From NCBI GenBank assembly GCA_951406725.2, contig OX597830.1, positions 55,118,001-55,182,000 of the forward strand: DNA of 64,000 nt, in the 5' to 3' direction. Positions 1-13,302 of the stretch are shown here, in pieces. How positions within the stretch are numbered: position 1 is the stretch's first letter; each line of letters starts with the position of its first letter. The notes under the pieces are model-generated. The model searched no databases, was not told the origin of the DNA, and worked only from the letters and a program-made list of their open reading frames with translations. Position numbers and translations under genes: made by a program. Source of the DNA: Octopus vulgaris. Taxonomy: Eukaryota.

Positions 1-257
1 TATCAAGGGTTTTCAACGTTTTACTTTCTGGATGCTTTTTCTGGGAAATTTCCTTAGCATTTATTTACATATTTATATCTAAGGGCATGAAGCCAAATTA
101 GTGATGAAAGGTGTGAAAAATCTAAAACTCTCCTTCTTTTGCTGGTCTGCATTTGAAAAACTTATAGCATAAGTTTTTCAATAGCATTCAGATGTTCCAA
201 ACAAACCATTTTACAGTTTACTTATACAGATTTGTTTTACATTTTAAGTGTCAGTGC

Positions 258-259
<2 letters not shown>

Positions 260-299
<40 letters not shown>

Positions 300-347
300 C
301 ATGTTTTATATGCATATATGTTATATATATATTTATATATAAGCATA

Positions 348-390
<43 letters not shown>

Positions 391-592
391 CATATATTTT
401 ATATGCATATATGTTATATACATATATAAGCATATGTTTTATATGCATATATGTTATATATTTATATATAAGCATATGTTTTATATATATATATGTATAT
501 ATATTATCTATTTATATATATATACACCCACGCACACAAATATTTCAAAAATATATATTTGTGTTTGTGAGTTTCTGTGCATATAGCCATAC

Positions 593-641
<49 letters not shown>

Positions 642-690
642 TTTATGTATATATGTGTGTATATGTATGAATATATTTATATAAATATTT
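260..690. repeat. (TA)n microsatellites with a roughly 40-bp AT-rich tandem unit
   Basis: Long (TA)n runs plus about 4 copies of ataagcat(at)gttttatatgcatatatgttatata between 293 and 490. Confidence 0.9.
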
Positions 691-693
691 GTG

Positions 694-1916
694 TAGGGTG
701 TTCTGGCTAAATTTGACAGTTTGCATAAAAAGAAAAGAAAATACAATATCCCATCCGAAAACAAAAGTATTTAAAAAAATCAAAAAATATCAACTGGATG
801 ACTTGGAGATAGCAGTTTACTCAAAGTAGCCACCCTCAGCAGCCACCCTGGCCTCAAGATGGCTCTGGAATCGGGCATGTGCATTCTTCACTTTATCCTT
901 GTGAAGATCTTCAATAAACTTCTTGATATTGCCATCAGCTTGGCCTTGGTGTAGAGTTTTTGGTGTCTTTTTCAACTGTCTCACACATAGTAATCCATGG
1001 GATTACAATCAGGGGAATTAGGAGGCCAGACATTGAGGCTGGTGAAGTTGTAGAAATTCCCCAACAACTACTATTTCTGGAGGTATAGCAAGGAGCCAAA
1101 TCCTGCAGTCATACATATGCCTTCCAGCACCAACCCTCCTCAACAGCTTCACATTGCTGTCTGAACTGAACCTAAAGCCCTGTTCTAGAAATAGTGTGCA
1201 TGACATCACCCTCTCTCGGGACACATCCGAACACCCAAAGACCATCATGGTTTAGGGAAACTTGGTTTTCATGATGCATAGAACATAGCATGGATTGTAG
1301 GCAAACCACCTGTTGTTTTGGGTGTTGTGCAACTTGTCTTGACTGAAGTTTTTTGTTTTTCGTTTGAGAAGATCCATTTTTAGGAGCTTCTTTTCCTTTG
1401 TCAAGCAGTTCTCCTTGGCTGTCAGAATTTGTCCCTTGCACCTTTTGTACAAGTGATAATGAAGGTCCTTATTCAGGGCCAGTTTCATGGTGGGGATGCC
1501 AACATCCATCTTCCATTACCAAAGCCTAGGTTCCCTTGCTTGGATCTTCCATCACCTTGTCCTGCAGTTGTTGGATGAACTCCAGTGTGTGGATGCAGTC
1601 AGAATGCCTGCTGTATCCTTCCTGTTGGTCATAACTTAGTAGTCTCTGTTGCAGCTGTCCACATCATGTCTGACAGCCTTTAGTGTTCATGGAACATTGA
1701 ACAGCAGCCATATGCCATAATGTCAGCACTTTGATATCTGGCATAAATCATCTTTATACAGTTAATTCTTTTCCACTACCTAGATGGTTTCCAGTTCACC
1801 ATCTCAGCTAATTTTCTTTTTCTAACTAAACTTTAATTGTTATGCCCTTCAACACTGTTGACTGTTCACCAAAAAAGGAGATATAAAAAGTCATCAAATT
1901 TAGCCAGAACACCCTG
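694..1916 (-). mobile_element. Decayed full-length Tc1/mariner-superfamily DNA transposon, maT (DD37D)-like
   Basis: 23-bp TIRs: tagggtgttctggctaaatttga (694-716) and tcaaatttagccagaacaccctg (1894-1916), 1 mismatch, with TA at 1917-1918. Minus-strand transposase remnants run from an ATG near 1802 (MVNWKPS..., MDVGIPTMKLALNKDLHYHLYKRCKGQIL, QDLAPC, SPDCNPMDYYV) with stops and frameshifts. Confidence 0.9.
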
Positions 1917-2546
1917 TATGTATGCATATATGTGTATATTTGCATTTATGTATGTGTGTGTGTGTATGTATGATATGTATATGTGTATATATACGAAATG
2001 AATAAAAGATGTAATCCAGGATTCGCATGAGTACTGAGGTAATTACCTGGATTTCACACATCTCCCTTCACATTCTCTTTCTCCCTGTGTGTGTATACAT
2101 GCGTTTTTATGTAGATGTGTATGTTTGCGTGCTTATGTATATGAATGTATGCTTGTGTGTATATTTTAAAACTGTTATGAATATTTTAAATAACTTTAGA
2201 AATAATAAGTGCACCTTATATTATTTCAGCTGTATACATTTGTAAAATTATTTTTAGAAACCTAGCTTCAATTGGTCATCCCACGTCCCCTTTCTTGCAA
2301 ATCTATTTGCAGACCAGCTCAGTTGGAAAGCCTTTACTAAAAAATGTTGTTTTCTTTTTCATTATAATATGACTAACAATTTGAAATAATCTGTGCTTGT
2401 AATGTAGGCAAAGACACCAGCATTTTTGCACTATGCTATTTGTCCGTAGCTATTGATATTTCATAGTTTTGCATGTCTGTTTTATATTGCATTTGAATTT
2501 CTTGTGCATGATTGGTTGCTGTAATGTTTTCTTTTCTTCCCCTCAG

Positions 2547-2564
2547 AGACTGAAGCTATCAAAG
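2547..2564 (+). CDS. Candidate 18-nt microexon of host gene (phase 1-1; xTEAIK-G)
   Basis: Acceptor ttttcttttcttcccctcag, exon AGACTGAAGCTATCAAAG, donor AAG|gtacca. TGCATG and TGC motifs lie just upstream. The terminal G plus GC of exon 16576 forms GGC (Gly). Confidence 0.55.
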
Positions 2565-4227
2565 GTACCATATGAATTATTTCCGAATATTAACAAACAT
2601 TATGTTATAGATTTACTTTGGAAATGTCTCTAAAATGATATGTTGGTTAACTCTCTTTAAATGTAGTTGTCAGAATTGGATGGTATTTTGCGATTAGGCG
2701 TTTCAAGTAATAATTCCACCAGTTTAAGTTATATTCTCAAATATAACGAATGTTTCTGAAAGAAGTTTATTGAAAAGAAATACTTTTGTGGTTAAATAAA
2801 TATAGATTATTTATAATTAGATGTAAATTTACAGTTGATAATTTGAAGTTGACTTCTTGTAGAATAGTAGCATGACAGTTGTCAATGAGAGAAAATCAAT
2901 TTTAAATATTTCAGTGTTGTATATACCAAAATGTGTCTGTCTGTGTGTGAGAGAGATTAGAAACATTTCCTTCTTCCTTCTAAATACTCTGTAGATATTT
3001 GTTAAAATCTGAGTCTTTTACTATTTCTTCTCCCTCTTTGTAGTAACCACACAACCTGGCTGGTTTTGCCTAGTTTTGCATTATTTAATGCTAGCTACAA
3101 TAAAATAAGGTTTTCTGGTTACTAATGTGTGTGTGTGTGTATTGCCATTTCTTATATCAGTATTATTTGAAATATTCCATATGAATTGATTTCAAAATAA
3201 TCATTGATCCCTATCTTTTTACAACAGCTGAACTTTGTGTGTGTGTGTGTGTGTGTGTATTGGATAGGCAGATGTGTGCAGTTGCACATGTCAGGATACT
3301 TCTCGAGTGAAATTTGATCTGATGTAAATGAGATATCTGAAACAAGAAATGCACAAATCTGAATCTTATTGGAAATATTATAGAGTTGAACTGTTGTTGC
3401 ATTTTAATGAGGATGTTAGGTTGTTTATATTCTATACAGTTAGTAGCTACTCAGAGTATCAAGCCAGACCAATTATTCCATCTGTTTTAGGAATAGTTAT
3501 CTTCACTTCATATACATATTGTCTTAACATTTGTTCTATTTGCTCTCAATTAAATGTTCTTAAAATTAAAAATTTTACCTGAAAAGATGGAAGTGGTGGG
3601 GGAAGAACGAACCACTTGGATTTTTTTTTACAATGTTCTCCAAAATTTTTTTATTTATATTTATAATTTTGCTTTTAATGTCTTTTTCCTTCAAATTTTC
3701 ATTATTATTAACATGGCTTTTAATTTCCAACTTTTTGTTTTCATAATTTTTGTTAAACTTGTGTTATACATGTCCAAAACAACAAAAATAATCTATATAT
3801 AAATAAATAAATTCCCAGTTTTATCCAGGTAAGATCCTATAGAAATATATTTTCACATCAGTTAAAAGTAAATGAATTGTGTGGCTATGCTTCTTTTTAA
3901 GTCATTGTGAGACTGTCTGACAAATTGTCAACTATTATGCACCGTTTGGATTACTGTTAAATCCTGTTTTTATTAATTCTGTAATTCATATGCAGAAAAT
4001 TCTGTAACTAATACTTTGATTTAAAAAAAAAAATTACTAATTAAATTTTGTATAGCTAATATATATTTTTTTCTAGCTCTGATAATTTGTTTTTTAGCTT
4101 TGCATTCCTTACAACTGATCAATTTATGCAAACTTATTTCTGCAGCCAAGACAGATGTTTCTGTATGTGTCTGTTTTCTCTCCCTAATATGTTGTTAGCA
4201 TGTCTCTGTTTTCTATCAACTTTACAG

Positions 4228-4248
4228 ACATATCCGTCATGCTAAATG
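4228..4248 (+). CDS. Candidate 21-nt microexon
   Basis: ctaat branch-like site, GCATG and acceptor tctctgttttctatcaactttacag. Open in phase 1 (xISVMLN) and phase 2 (HIRHAK). The donor G|gttgaa is weak. Confidence 0.3.
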
Positions 4249-7011
4249 GTTGAAATATTGCTTGCTATTTGTTTGCTGATTTCCATTTGTTCATCTTTCT
4301 GAGTTTTGTAGATGTTAGCCCTGCTTAACATCTTAACATCTCTTCTATCTACATACTGACTGACTGATCTTTTGTGTGTCTATGTGAGTGCGTGCAAATT
4401 TACTAGCTGAATAGAAAATGTGTTTACCCTTTTTTTAACATTATCTTACAAATTAATCCACATGAAATGTGTATGCTTTTAGATTATTTAGCTGTTTTCT
4501 TTTTCTTTTCTTCCCAAGAAAATTCTAAATTGCTATAGGCAGTGCTTAAATTATACGATTGAAAAAAAAAAAAAAAAAAAGTATGGAAGTTGTGTGTGTT
4601 TATAGTGACTAAGGTGCTGGTCAACCAAACTCTAGTCAAACTTATTGACAAGACCATTTTTCATTGCATTCTTCTGTTAATCTAGCTGAATGAACTTATC
4701 CCAGTTTATTGAGGGGTAACTGTTGGAAAAGTCTCATCACTGTAAAATACATTCACCAACAACTTGTGTAAATTTCTGAATCTTCAAAATCATGAATAGC
4801 ATTTGTTTTTGTTTTTTCACTTCCTCTTGTTTCTATGAGTTGGAAGCTTCATACATGTAATCTGTTTCTGTGTATTAAGTATATTTTACAGCTAACTATC
4901 CTGGAAGTATTTAGAAATAGATCTGCCTTGTCCATATTGGCTTATGAGTTGGGATGTCCAGCATGTTGCTGTCACTCTGCCATTTCTCATGGTGTTTGTG
5001 TGTGTGAACATGACCTCCAAAGATCAAACTTCCAACTGTTAAATTTACTTTGAAAGATTCTTAATTTCTTGAAATTATCTCCTGCTTTCTAATGCCACTA
5101 GATTTTGCTGGAAAATTTCAATTGATTAAGAATATACTGTGTTCAGAAATTAATATATTGCACCTGATTCATGCAAATTGATGGCATTGGTTCATTTGAG
5201 TTATGTTTTCATTATGCCTGTATTGGTTGAGCAGTCTCATGTAAGTTGTTAGTCATTCTTTTGTCTGCTCAGACCCCCTCCCTACATCAACATGTATTGT
5301 TAGTGTGTCTTGTGTCAAAGATTATTACCTCATCACTTTAGAGTGTTCCTCTTTTAGATATGAGACTGACAAGCAACATTGATGCAGCTAAGGAAGATTT
5401 TTATAAAACTGGATGTCAATGTAATATAAAAAATAATTCAGTGATCTATGTTAAGAAATAAAACTCAAGCCAAGTTAAGTGTTTAATTAACGAGTATTAA
5501 ATCAGTGTGTTTATAAAGTAGAGCTGATACTGAAGTATTGCAAATGTAGATGACCTTCTGAAACTTTCTACAGTAAAGATTATGGCATTCTATTGGCCAG
5601 TGTTAATGAATCCAAACAAGTCATCTGGTACCTGGCTTCTGTCTATGTTTACCTTGAATGTAAAGGTTCATCATCTGGCAAACCAGTTGGAGGTGTAACA
5701 CATACGCACACACACAAAACATTCTCTTTCACACTTACACAATGCCATCTTTAACTTCAGGTCTCCTACCCCCACCCTAAATATTTTGTATACAATCCAA
5801 CACTACCCAGCTTCATCTTCTGCTTATAATTTATAATGCTTCATCTTTTCACATTGTGTGTTCATGCCGTGCAGTCATTTTTATCTACATATTTTTATAA
5901 ACTGTTTATATGCTTTGATTTATTGTAAGTTATCCACTATGAATTTTTTAAAATTAATTATTAGACATTTTTACCAACTCTTACCAATAAGCACATCTTG
6001 TAATGGGATTAATGTTTTAATCGCAAAAAATACTGACTTAGCTTAATAAATTTAACACATAGTAACAAGCCACCAAAAGCATCATGCCATCATTAAAATG
6101 CTTGATTTCATTCTTGCTTTTATTCATATTATAATTAATGTTATAAAATGAAATGTAATTTGTAGTGGTGAATAAACCACTGGTACTTGATTTAAGTGTC
6201 TAGTTATGGTAATATTAAAATAGTAGTATCTTGTGGAAGTCAAGGCAGATTAATGATGGAATGTTGTTCTCTTGTACAAGGCAGAGCTCTGCTGACAACT
6301 TATTGTAATCTCATCTTAGAAGGAAAAAAAAAATTACCCTCTGATCATTTCACTACTAAATCTCTTTAGAATTCTTCCCTTTTCTTTCTCTTCCACACAT
6401 TTTCTGCAGGAACCAACTTTACTTTTCTGCTTTGCAATACTTATTCTTCAGTTAGTAAACTTTTTCCTTTTTGTTTGTTTGTTCTTCTCACTTATTTTAT
6501 ATTGTATATTGTAATTGGTTTTATTTTTAATGATATTTTTGTTGCTGGACTAGCTTTATTGCACTTACGGTGGTGCATTTAAAACCATTTTCTTATCCTG
6601 TTTATTCAATCCTAACCATGTTTCCTCCTGTGTTAGTTTTTCTCTCTTCAGAGAAATATGTTTTGAAGTAATTATAAATACATAAAATACAAAGGGTTTT
6701 AGATTTGCAAAATGTTTGAGTGTAGGTGTGTCTGTTTTATTTTATTGAATTGATAGCAACAAGTAAACATTGTCTGATCACATAAATAATAACTAAATAT
6801 TAAATGTTTCTTCTTTTAAATCTATCTTCATGTAACTAACTTCACTTCCATCCAGTAACAACAGATTTCTATTTTTTATTAAGTTGTTCAGTATAAATGT
6901 TTTTGTTCCTTTAAGCTCTATTTCTAGAAATACTTGCATTGGATGTTAATGTACTGACACATCTTGTTTAATACACAAATACATTTTATTAACACACTAA
7001 TACACTTATCT

Positions 7012-7200
7012 TAATGCACTAATGTTGGAGTAGTTAATACATTAATACATGTTGAAATCTGCAGTAGTTTAACACATTTAAATCTGGAATTGTCAAATAC
7101 ACTAACATGTTTAAATCTTGGGTACTTACTACATTAACATTTTAAAATTTACGGTAGTTAATGCATTAACATATTTAAATTTGGAGTAGTTAATCATTAG
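7012..7200. repeat. Degenerate roughly 32-bp tandem repeat (about 5-6 units)
   Basis: Recurrent unit approximating aatacattaacatgtttaaatctggagtagtt. Confidence 0.75.
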
Positions 7201-8977
7201 TCTCTTCGACTAACAACATTACTATTGGAATTGAAGCATTTAGACCAGTGTTATTGTTGTAGAAAATGAGACAGTTCACTTTAATGAAATGATTAGATGT
7301 AATGTAATGCAACGAGTTCAGGATTTCAAGAAATTTTTAATTTATCAAGAAAATGTATTTATTCATTCACTTAATGCCTAGTTGAAAATGAATTCCTGTT
7401 TATTAAACCAGAATTTTTATTGACTCTGCAAAACTACAGTGAATTCTGAGAGGAAACCTCATAAAATATTCTATATACAAAATAGCTTGTGAGGGGTGGG
7501 GTTGATAAAACCTGGAGATTATTTGAAGTCATTGAAACATTAAAACTGCTAAGTGACTATAATCTTGTTTTGTTGGATTGTGGATTCTGTTTGTGAACAG
7601 TGCATACTGAATTTTAAATGATTGTTTTACAAGATGACAACATGAAGAGAATTCCACAAGGCAAACATTTATTGTTGAGCATAACTATCAAAAGATATGG
7701 CTAATAGCAGTTCACATTTTATATAGAATTAACATTAATTTTATAATTTGCCATGAATATATTATTTAAATGAAAACTTGTTTCTTTGATTCTCTTTTGA
7801 ATGCTTGTTAGTTGCTTAAAGCTTACAAGATAATTTCTCTTGAGTACTGCTTTCAACTTCATTTTGCATCATTTTTTTTTTTACACTAATATTATCTTAG
7901 TTATTAATCTCTCCCTCTCCGTCATTCAGTTTTATTCATGTTTCCTTGTTTTTTTTTTTGTTTTTGTTTTTTTTTTTTTTTAATATTAAAAACAAATTTT
8001 TATTTCCCTATTTCTTATTCTTACATATGTTTTCTGGACTGTGTGTAAGTAATTAGTTTCATTGGATGTGTATTATTGATTTTTTTTTTCTCCATTACAA
8101 AAAAAAAATAATAATAATAACGATAAAAGTGTTTGGTGTTTATTTTCTCTTTATGGAACTATATTTTCCTTCAGTGTTTTTTCTTCCCCACCCCCCTATA
8201 TTCATAGACCTGTCCTTACATTTTATATCTGTTTCTCTCTGTTATTTTATCTTTTAACTAGTACCAGTGTGATGTCAGTTATTCTAATTATGCTAAACTT
8301 TTCTAAATTATTAATTACCTAAACTCTGGGAGTTGAAACTATCATATTCTGCTAGTTCCCCCCAATATTAGCTTAAAAAATTGAGATTCTATCCATTTAA
8401 AATCTTTGTATAATTTCCCCACTATGTATATTTTAACAAACTTGATTTACTTCATCCTAATTTATCAAGTTTTTAAAATTGCCAAAAATTACTTTCATAC
8501 ACTTATATTACCTTTCTATAAAGTGACATGAAAATTGTTTTATGTATGTTTGTTTTGTACATTGGATACAGTGCTATTTCAGTATTTTTAGTAACTTTGA
8601 AGTACGGTGCATCAGTAATAATCTTGAGGTGTGGTTGGCTTAAATCTCAGTGATAGCAAAGAGACAGTGTGGTCAAGTAATTAGGGGAAAGTGACTTTAT
8701 GATCATTAGTTTAAAATATCAGTAGTGGGACATGAACAGCAGGTTTTACTTCATTAACAAGTAATCTTAGAGCATTTACTAAAACAAAGCGTATACAGTT
8801 CAGAGTATTATGAGAGATTGCTTATAAAGTGAATATTTTAATTTTCAATAGTGTATAAGGTGCACATTTCATTATAGTCTTGACTGTTTGTTGATAATTA
8901 TTGTCAAAATCTCAGACCACATAAAGTCCAGTAAATTATCTGAGAGAAATATGGTATAAACCTCATGGGATTTCTTT

Positions 8978-9192
8978 CTTAGCTGTGCTTCATCCACTCT
9001 GCTGGCAAAATGAGTTTTCCTTGTAATTCAAAGGGCCAATCTTGTCACATTTAGTGACACACTGAATCTACCTGAGAAATATGTTAAGGGTACATATGTT
9101 TGTAGAGTGCTCAGCCACTTTGCACATTAATTTCACAAGCTGGCTGTTCTGTGGATAACTGGAACCCTCATCATTGTAACTGACGGAGTGCC
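8978..9192 (+). mobile_element. 3' portion of a cephalopod SINE-like interspersed repeat
   Basis: GC-richer block aagggccaatcttgtcacat...gtgctcagccactttgcac...ggaaccctcatcattgtaactgacggagtgcc. It resembles a common octopus repeat tail from memory; not searched. Confidence 0.55.
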
Positions 9193-9996
9193 AGGGTTTT
9201 TATTTTTTACATTTTACCTTTTGTGCTTCATCCAACTGGTAAATATTCCTCAATGCAAAATAGGTTATACTGCCAGTGCAATTCCATCCCTGTGTGGAAA
9301 AGTTTGCTTCAAAAGCAATTTACGCAAGCTTATTGTAGGAAGAGTAAAAGTCTGGGAGGAAAACTGATGCTGGGCCAAGTCTTTGACATGGATTTGATTC
9401 TTTGTTGCATCAGTTTATTTACTGCTGTATCTATAATTTCTAGACAGAATCAAAACTTCCATCAGCTGACCTTCCCTTGGCATATTACTTGTTGATGAAA
9501 TATCCCCAGTGATCAACCAATAATTGATTAAGAGCTCTCATTTGTATCAAACTTAGCTAATTAGGGAGTAATAGCTTAGAAATCTACCAGCACCAATAAA
9601 CAAATGCTGAAGTATCTTGGAGAAATGATTTTCGATTAATAGTTTTAACTCAGCCATTAGTTGTCTGCTATAAAATTATTTTATGACAGTTGTAAAATGG
9701 TCATAATGCTGAATATTTCTGATCTTAAAGTTAATGAAAATGATACTGGTGTTGGGTTGGGCATCTTCTGTTTTTGAGTTCAAATCCTATCAGAAATTTG
9801 CATTTCACTCATCTAGGTACATTCAAATTATATTTGGGTTCATTCAATAGTTTTTGAGCTTGTTTATCTGAATCGGCAATGATTCAAGTAAAATGGACGG
9901 ATTACTGAGTTCTTTATAACATGGTCACTTAAATGTTCATTGGTTTTACTACACTGAAGTATGTGATCTTTTGATACATCTTCTCTTCCTTTGTAG

Positions 9997-10005
9997 ATGC
10001 AATTG
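9997..10005 (+). CDS. Candidate 9-nt microexon (phase 1-1; xAI-G)
   Basis: Pyrimidine tract atcttctcttcctttgtag, exon ATGCAATTG, donor TG|gtaatg. Frame-preserving and in the same phase as the flanking exons. Confidence 0.4.
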
Positions 10006-12494
10006 GTAATGAGTGTATATGCCTTCTCTAAGGCACACTTGTCACTTGTGTTGGTTATGTCCTCTTAAATACAAGTAGTATATTTCATAAAGCTTGCCTC
10101 CAAAAGTAGCAATGTATTCTTGTTTACCTTGATCAAACACTCCATTTGATCCAATATAGATTTGGTTTGAATGAACTGATGCCTATGCCTTATAATAATT
10201 AATGATTAAAATTCATTTACTTGTTCCTATTATTAAGATAACTTAAAATGTTAATTATTAACATCTGGATTTCTGCCCCTATTTTAAGTGTTAGTTGTAG
10301 TCAACATGTTTTTCTGCAGTCCTACTAATTCACTGATAAGCCTACTTACTGTTACTATGACTAAGTTTATTGATCTTGTTATATGTCTGGTGAAATGAAG
10401 ATGATAAACAGTTTTAATGGAATTGTATAATTTACATACAGTTTCGTGGAATTATTTAAAATTTATTGTAAACAAGATTTATCCTAAGATTGTTAAATAT
10501 TATTCATCAGTTTTTCCATTTTTCTATCTAAAATTCTTAAACTTTTTAATGAGGATAATGATCATAATTCTCAAAGAATTACTGCATCTGAGTGGTGCCA
10601 TAAAGTTTGACATGGCCTGGACGACTTTGGGCCAAAATAATTAGCTTGAAGTAGCATTGATCTCAGTAAACACTGCATGTGTTTTTTTGCTTTTATTTCA
10701 TTTGATTATCATAAGTTGAAACTTATCATGAGGCACCAGGTAAAATTCATTGATATTTCGAAATATCAAAAATCTGTTCATTTTTATAGCTTTTGTTTTG
10801 CTTCTTAGATGAGCTTATCAGGAAAGTTAGCTTCACAACATAGAATTATTGGCTATTGTTTCAACTTTTTGTGTAGGGTTTCTTAAGTCTACATATTGTA
10901 AACTTTCAGTGCTCTATTTTTATCCAATGCCACATCTACTTAGAGATCAGCTTTACATGTCAAGGTCTGTGGCTCTCTATTCCTGTCATGGCATTAAAAC
11001 AAGCTCCACCCTTCTTATATCCATTTTTTTTTTCTTTCTTATAATGTTTTTATAACATTTTTATTTGACTACTATTAGCTTCATTGCTTAACCTCTAAAA
11101 TTAGTTGTAAAATAGATAAGGATAATAATGATGAGTGGTGTATATTAGAAACTATACCAGCAAGTCATATTTCATAACTCTTTAAACAGATTTGACATTT
11201 TCATTTGCTATTACATGTTTCAAAATCCCTTTCTTTGCTGGATCTGATTCCCACCCACCCCCACTTTAAATAGAGATATTTTCAACAAACTTCATTACAG
11301 TTGATCATTATCTAATTAAACTTTGTCACTTATTTTTTGCTCCAATCCTAAATGAAATATCTACTTATTGAACTGAAATCATTAGGATTAAACACTTTGT
11401 AAAAGTTTCCTGTTACTTTTTTTTTAGTTTAATAGATTATATATATAATTGGTGTTATTTGTTGATCAAAGTGTTTCTTTTGGTTAATTAGAACTTACAA
11501 GATTTATAATCCTCTATAAGAGGAATGTTATAAGAATTAGGATTTATAGAGAGAAAAGCATCATCATCATATTTATAGCTATGTTAATTATTTTTGACAT
11601 TTATTGAAATTAGGGATAAAAATGCAGACTTAGATATTACATTACTTATCCAATTATTGAAGGTCATTGTTCCTTATATATGCTGTTCCTATTTCACTTC
11701 TCATTTCATCAACCTATTCTGCCACAAGTTCTTAATTTTTGTGGATGAATGCTAGAATAAGCTATCAGTCTTCCCAATTGATGATGGTTTCCTAGTCCAC
11801 CTTACAAGTTGTTTTGTATTTCAGGTCAGGGCACTAGACTTACCACACTCACTTTATCTAAATGTCAGGATCAGAGTTGCCAGCTTATCTGGAAATGTTA
11901 TTTTCAATAGAATAGTACTCTATCTATGAAAGATAATTAGGTTATGATTTTAAAACTGTGGCTAATCTGTTCATAGCTAAATAATCTGGGGGAGGTTCTT
12001 AAGAGATAAACTAAGAACTTCACTTGTCTAGGACTGTGTCTAAGGAAGTAAATTCATTCAGTGACAATGTATAGGTTTGTTTTTAGACTCTGAGTTTTCT
12101 GCTTGAATTGTCTTACACTGTAAGAGCTTGATATAGTAACAATAATGAAAGCATTTTGTATCTCGGCCAACAAAATTACAAACAATTACAGCAATTCAAA
12201 AGAACTAAACACCCCCTGTTGTTGTTATTCACTAAACTATTGTGAAATATTGGTAGCATTTATAGAGCAGTAACCTAAATATAACTAGCTGCGGTATTTC
12301 AACTGTGCCATAGGGTCAGCTATCAGTTCCTTGTTTGATAATGTTGGTGCTTAGTGTAAATACACACAAGTAGTGGTGGTAGTAGTAGAAAAGACGTGGG
12401 TCATTGAGAAACATTAGGATCTTTTGAAAAATCAGGGAATTAGGAAAAGATGCATTTTGATTAATTTCTGTACAAAGGCATGAATGGTTAGGAA

Positions 12495-12930
12495 GCTGAC
12501 TGTTCAATAGAATGATTTTGGGTTCTGTCTCACTGTGCAGCACCTTGGGTAAAGTTTTCTACTAACAGTCCCAGGACCTTGTGAGTGAATTTAATAAATG
12601 AAAATTGAAAGAAGCCCATGTGTGTTTATGTATATGCTTATATCCATAGATGTATGAATATTTATGTACATTTACACATAGATTTGTCTATATATGCATG
12701 CATTTGTTCACATTTGTACTCTATGTAAGTCATGAGCTACTATTTTTGATGTCACTTCTTTCAGCAAGTCATCTACTTGCTTTGTGCCTTCAAAGTTAGT
12801 TGAAGTAAGAAATTCCTTACTTGTAAAAGTCAGTAAGAGTTAGTGACAGAAAAGACATTCAGCTGTAAAGTGGTACCTCAATTACATATTTGTCTGACTC
12901 ATAGTAAACATGGTAAAATGGATATAAATA
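12495..12930 (+). mobile_element. Old tRNA-derived SINE with RTE-like tail (fragmented)
   Basis: B-box-like gggttctgtctcactgtgcagcaccttgggtaa, body ccttgtgagtgaatt...aaagaagccc and tail gacagaaaagacattcagctgtaaa. Homologous to the copies at 17266, 23110 and 27225. Confidence 0.6.
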
Positions 12931-12986
12931 CAAACACAAACTGGGGAATTGTGTGTTCGGTATATTTGTACTGAGAGAGAAATATA

Positions 12987-13025
12987 ATGAGCACATCTAA
13001 AGCTGAGGGCTTTAGATGTGCTCAT
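12987..13025. repeat. Perfect 17-bp stem hairpin
   Basis: atgagcacatctaaagc-tgagg-gctttagatgtgctcat. Confidence 0.9.
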
Positions 13026-13230
13026 GATAACAGCTTAGCTTAGCATCTGAAAACCAAAGAAACGGTACTCAGTTATATTGTTTTCATTGTTTGTAACTGT
13101 ATGTGGAGGTGTTAGGGGTCGTCATAATGAGAAATGGGCCAAATTGTGTCTTTGGTTAGGAAAGAATTCTCTTTGTATTGTTTCACTTGTCATTTAGTTA
13201 TGCTTTCTCTAGAACATTGAAATTCTGGTT

Positions 13231-13302
13231 ATACTACATTATATTGTTATATAAGTAACTAGACCCATACTACATTATATTGTTATTTAAGTAACTAGAC
13301 CC
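13231..13302. repeat. 36-bp tandem duplication
   Basis: atactacattatattgttat(a/t)taagtaactagaccc occurs twice with one mismatch. Confidence 0.95.

Noticed and set aside
192-764. ORFs rich in [12 protein letters not shown] here and at 35010, 38217-38556, 50604 and 57030-57904
   Set aside because: They are translations of (TA)n/(TG)n microsatellites, which lack stop codons.
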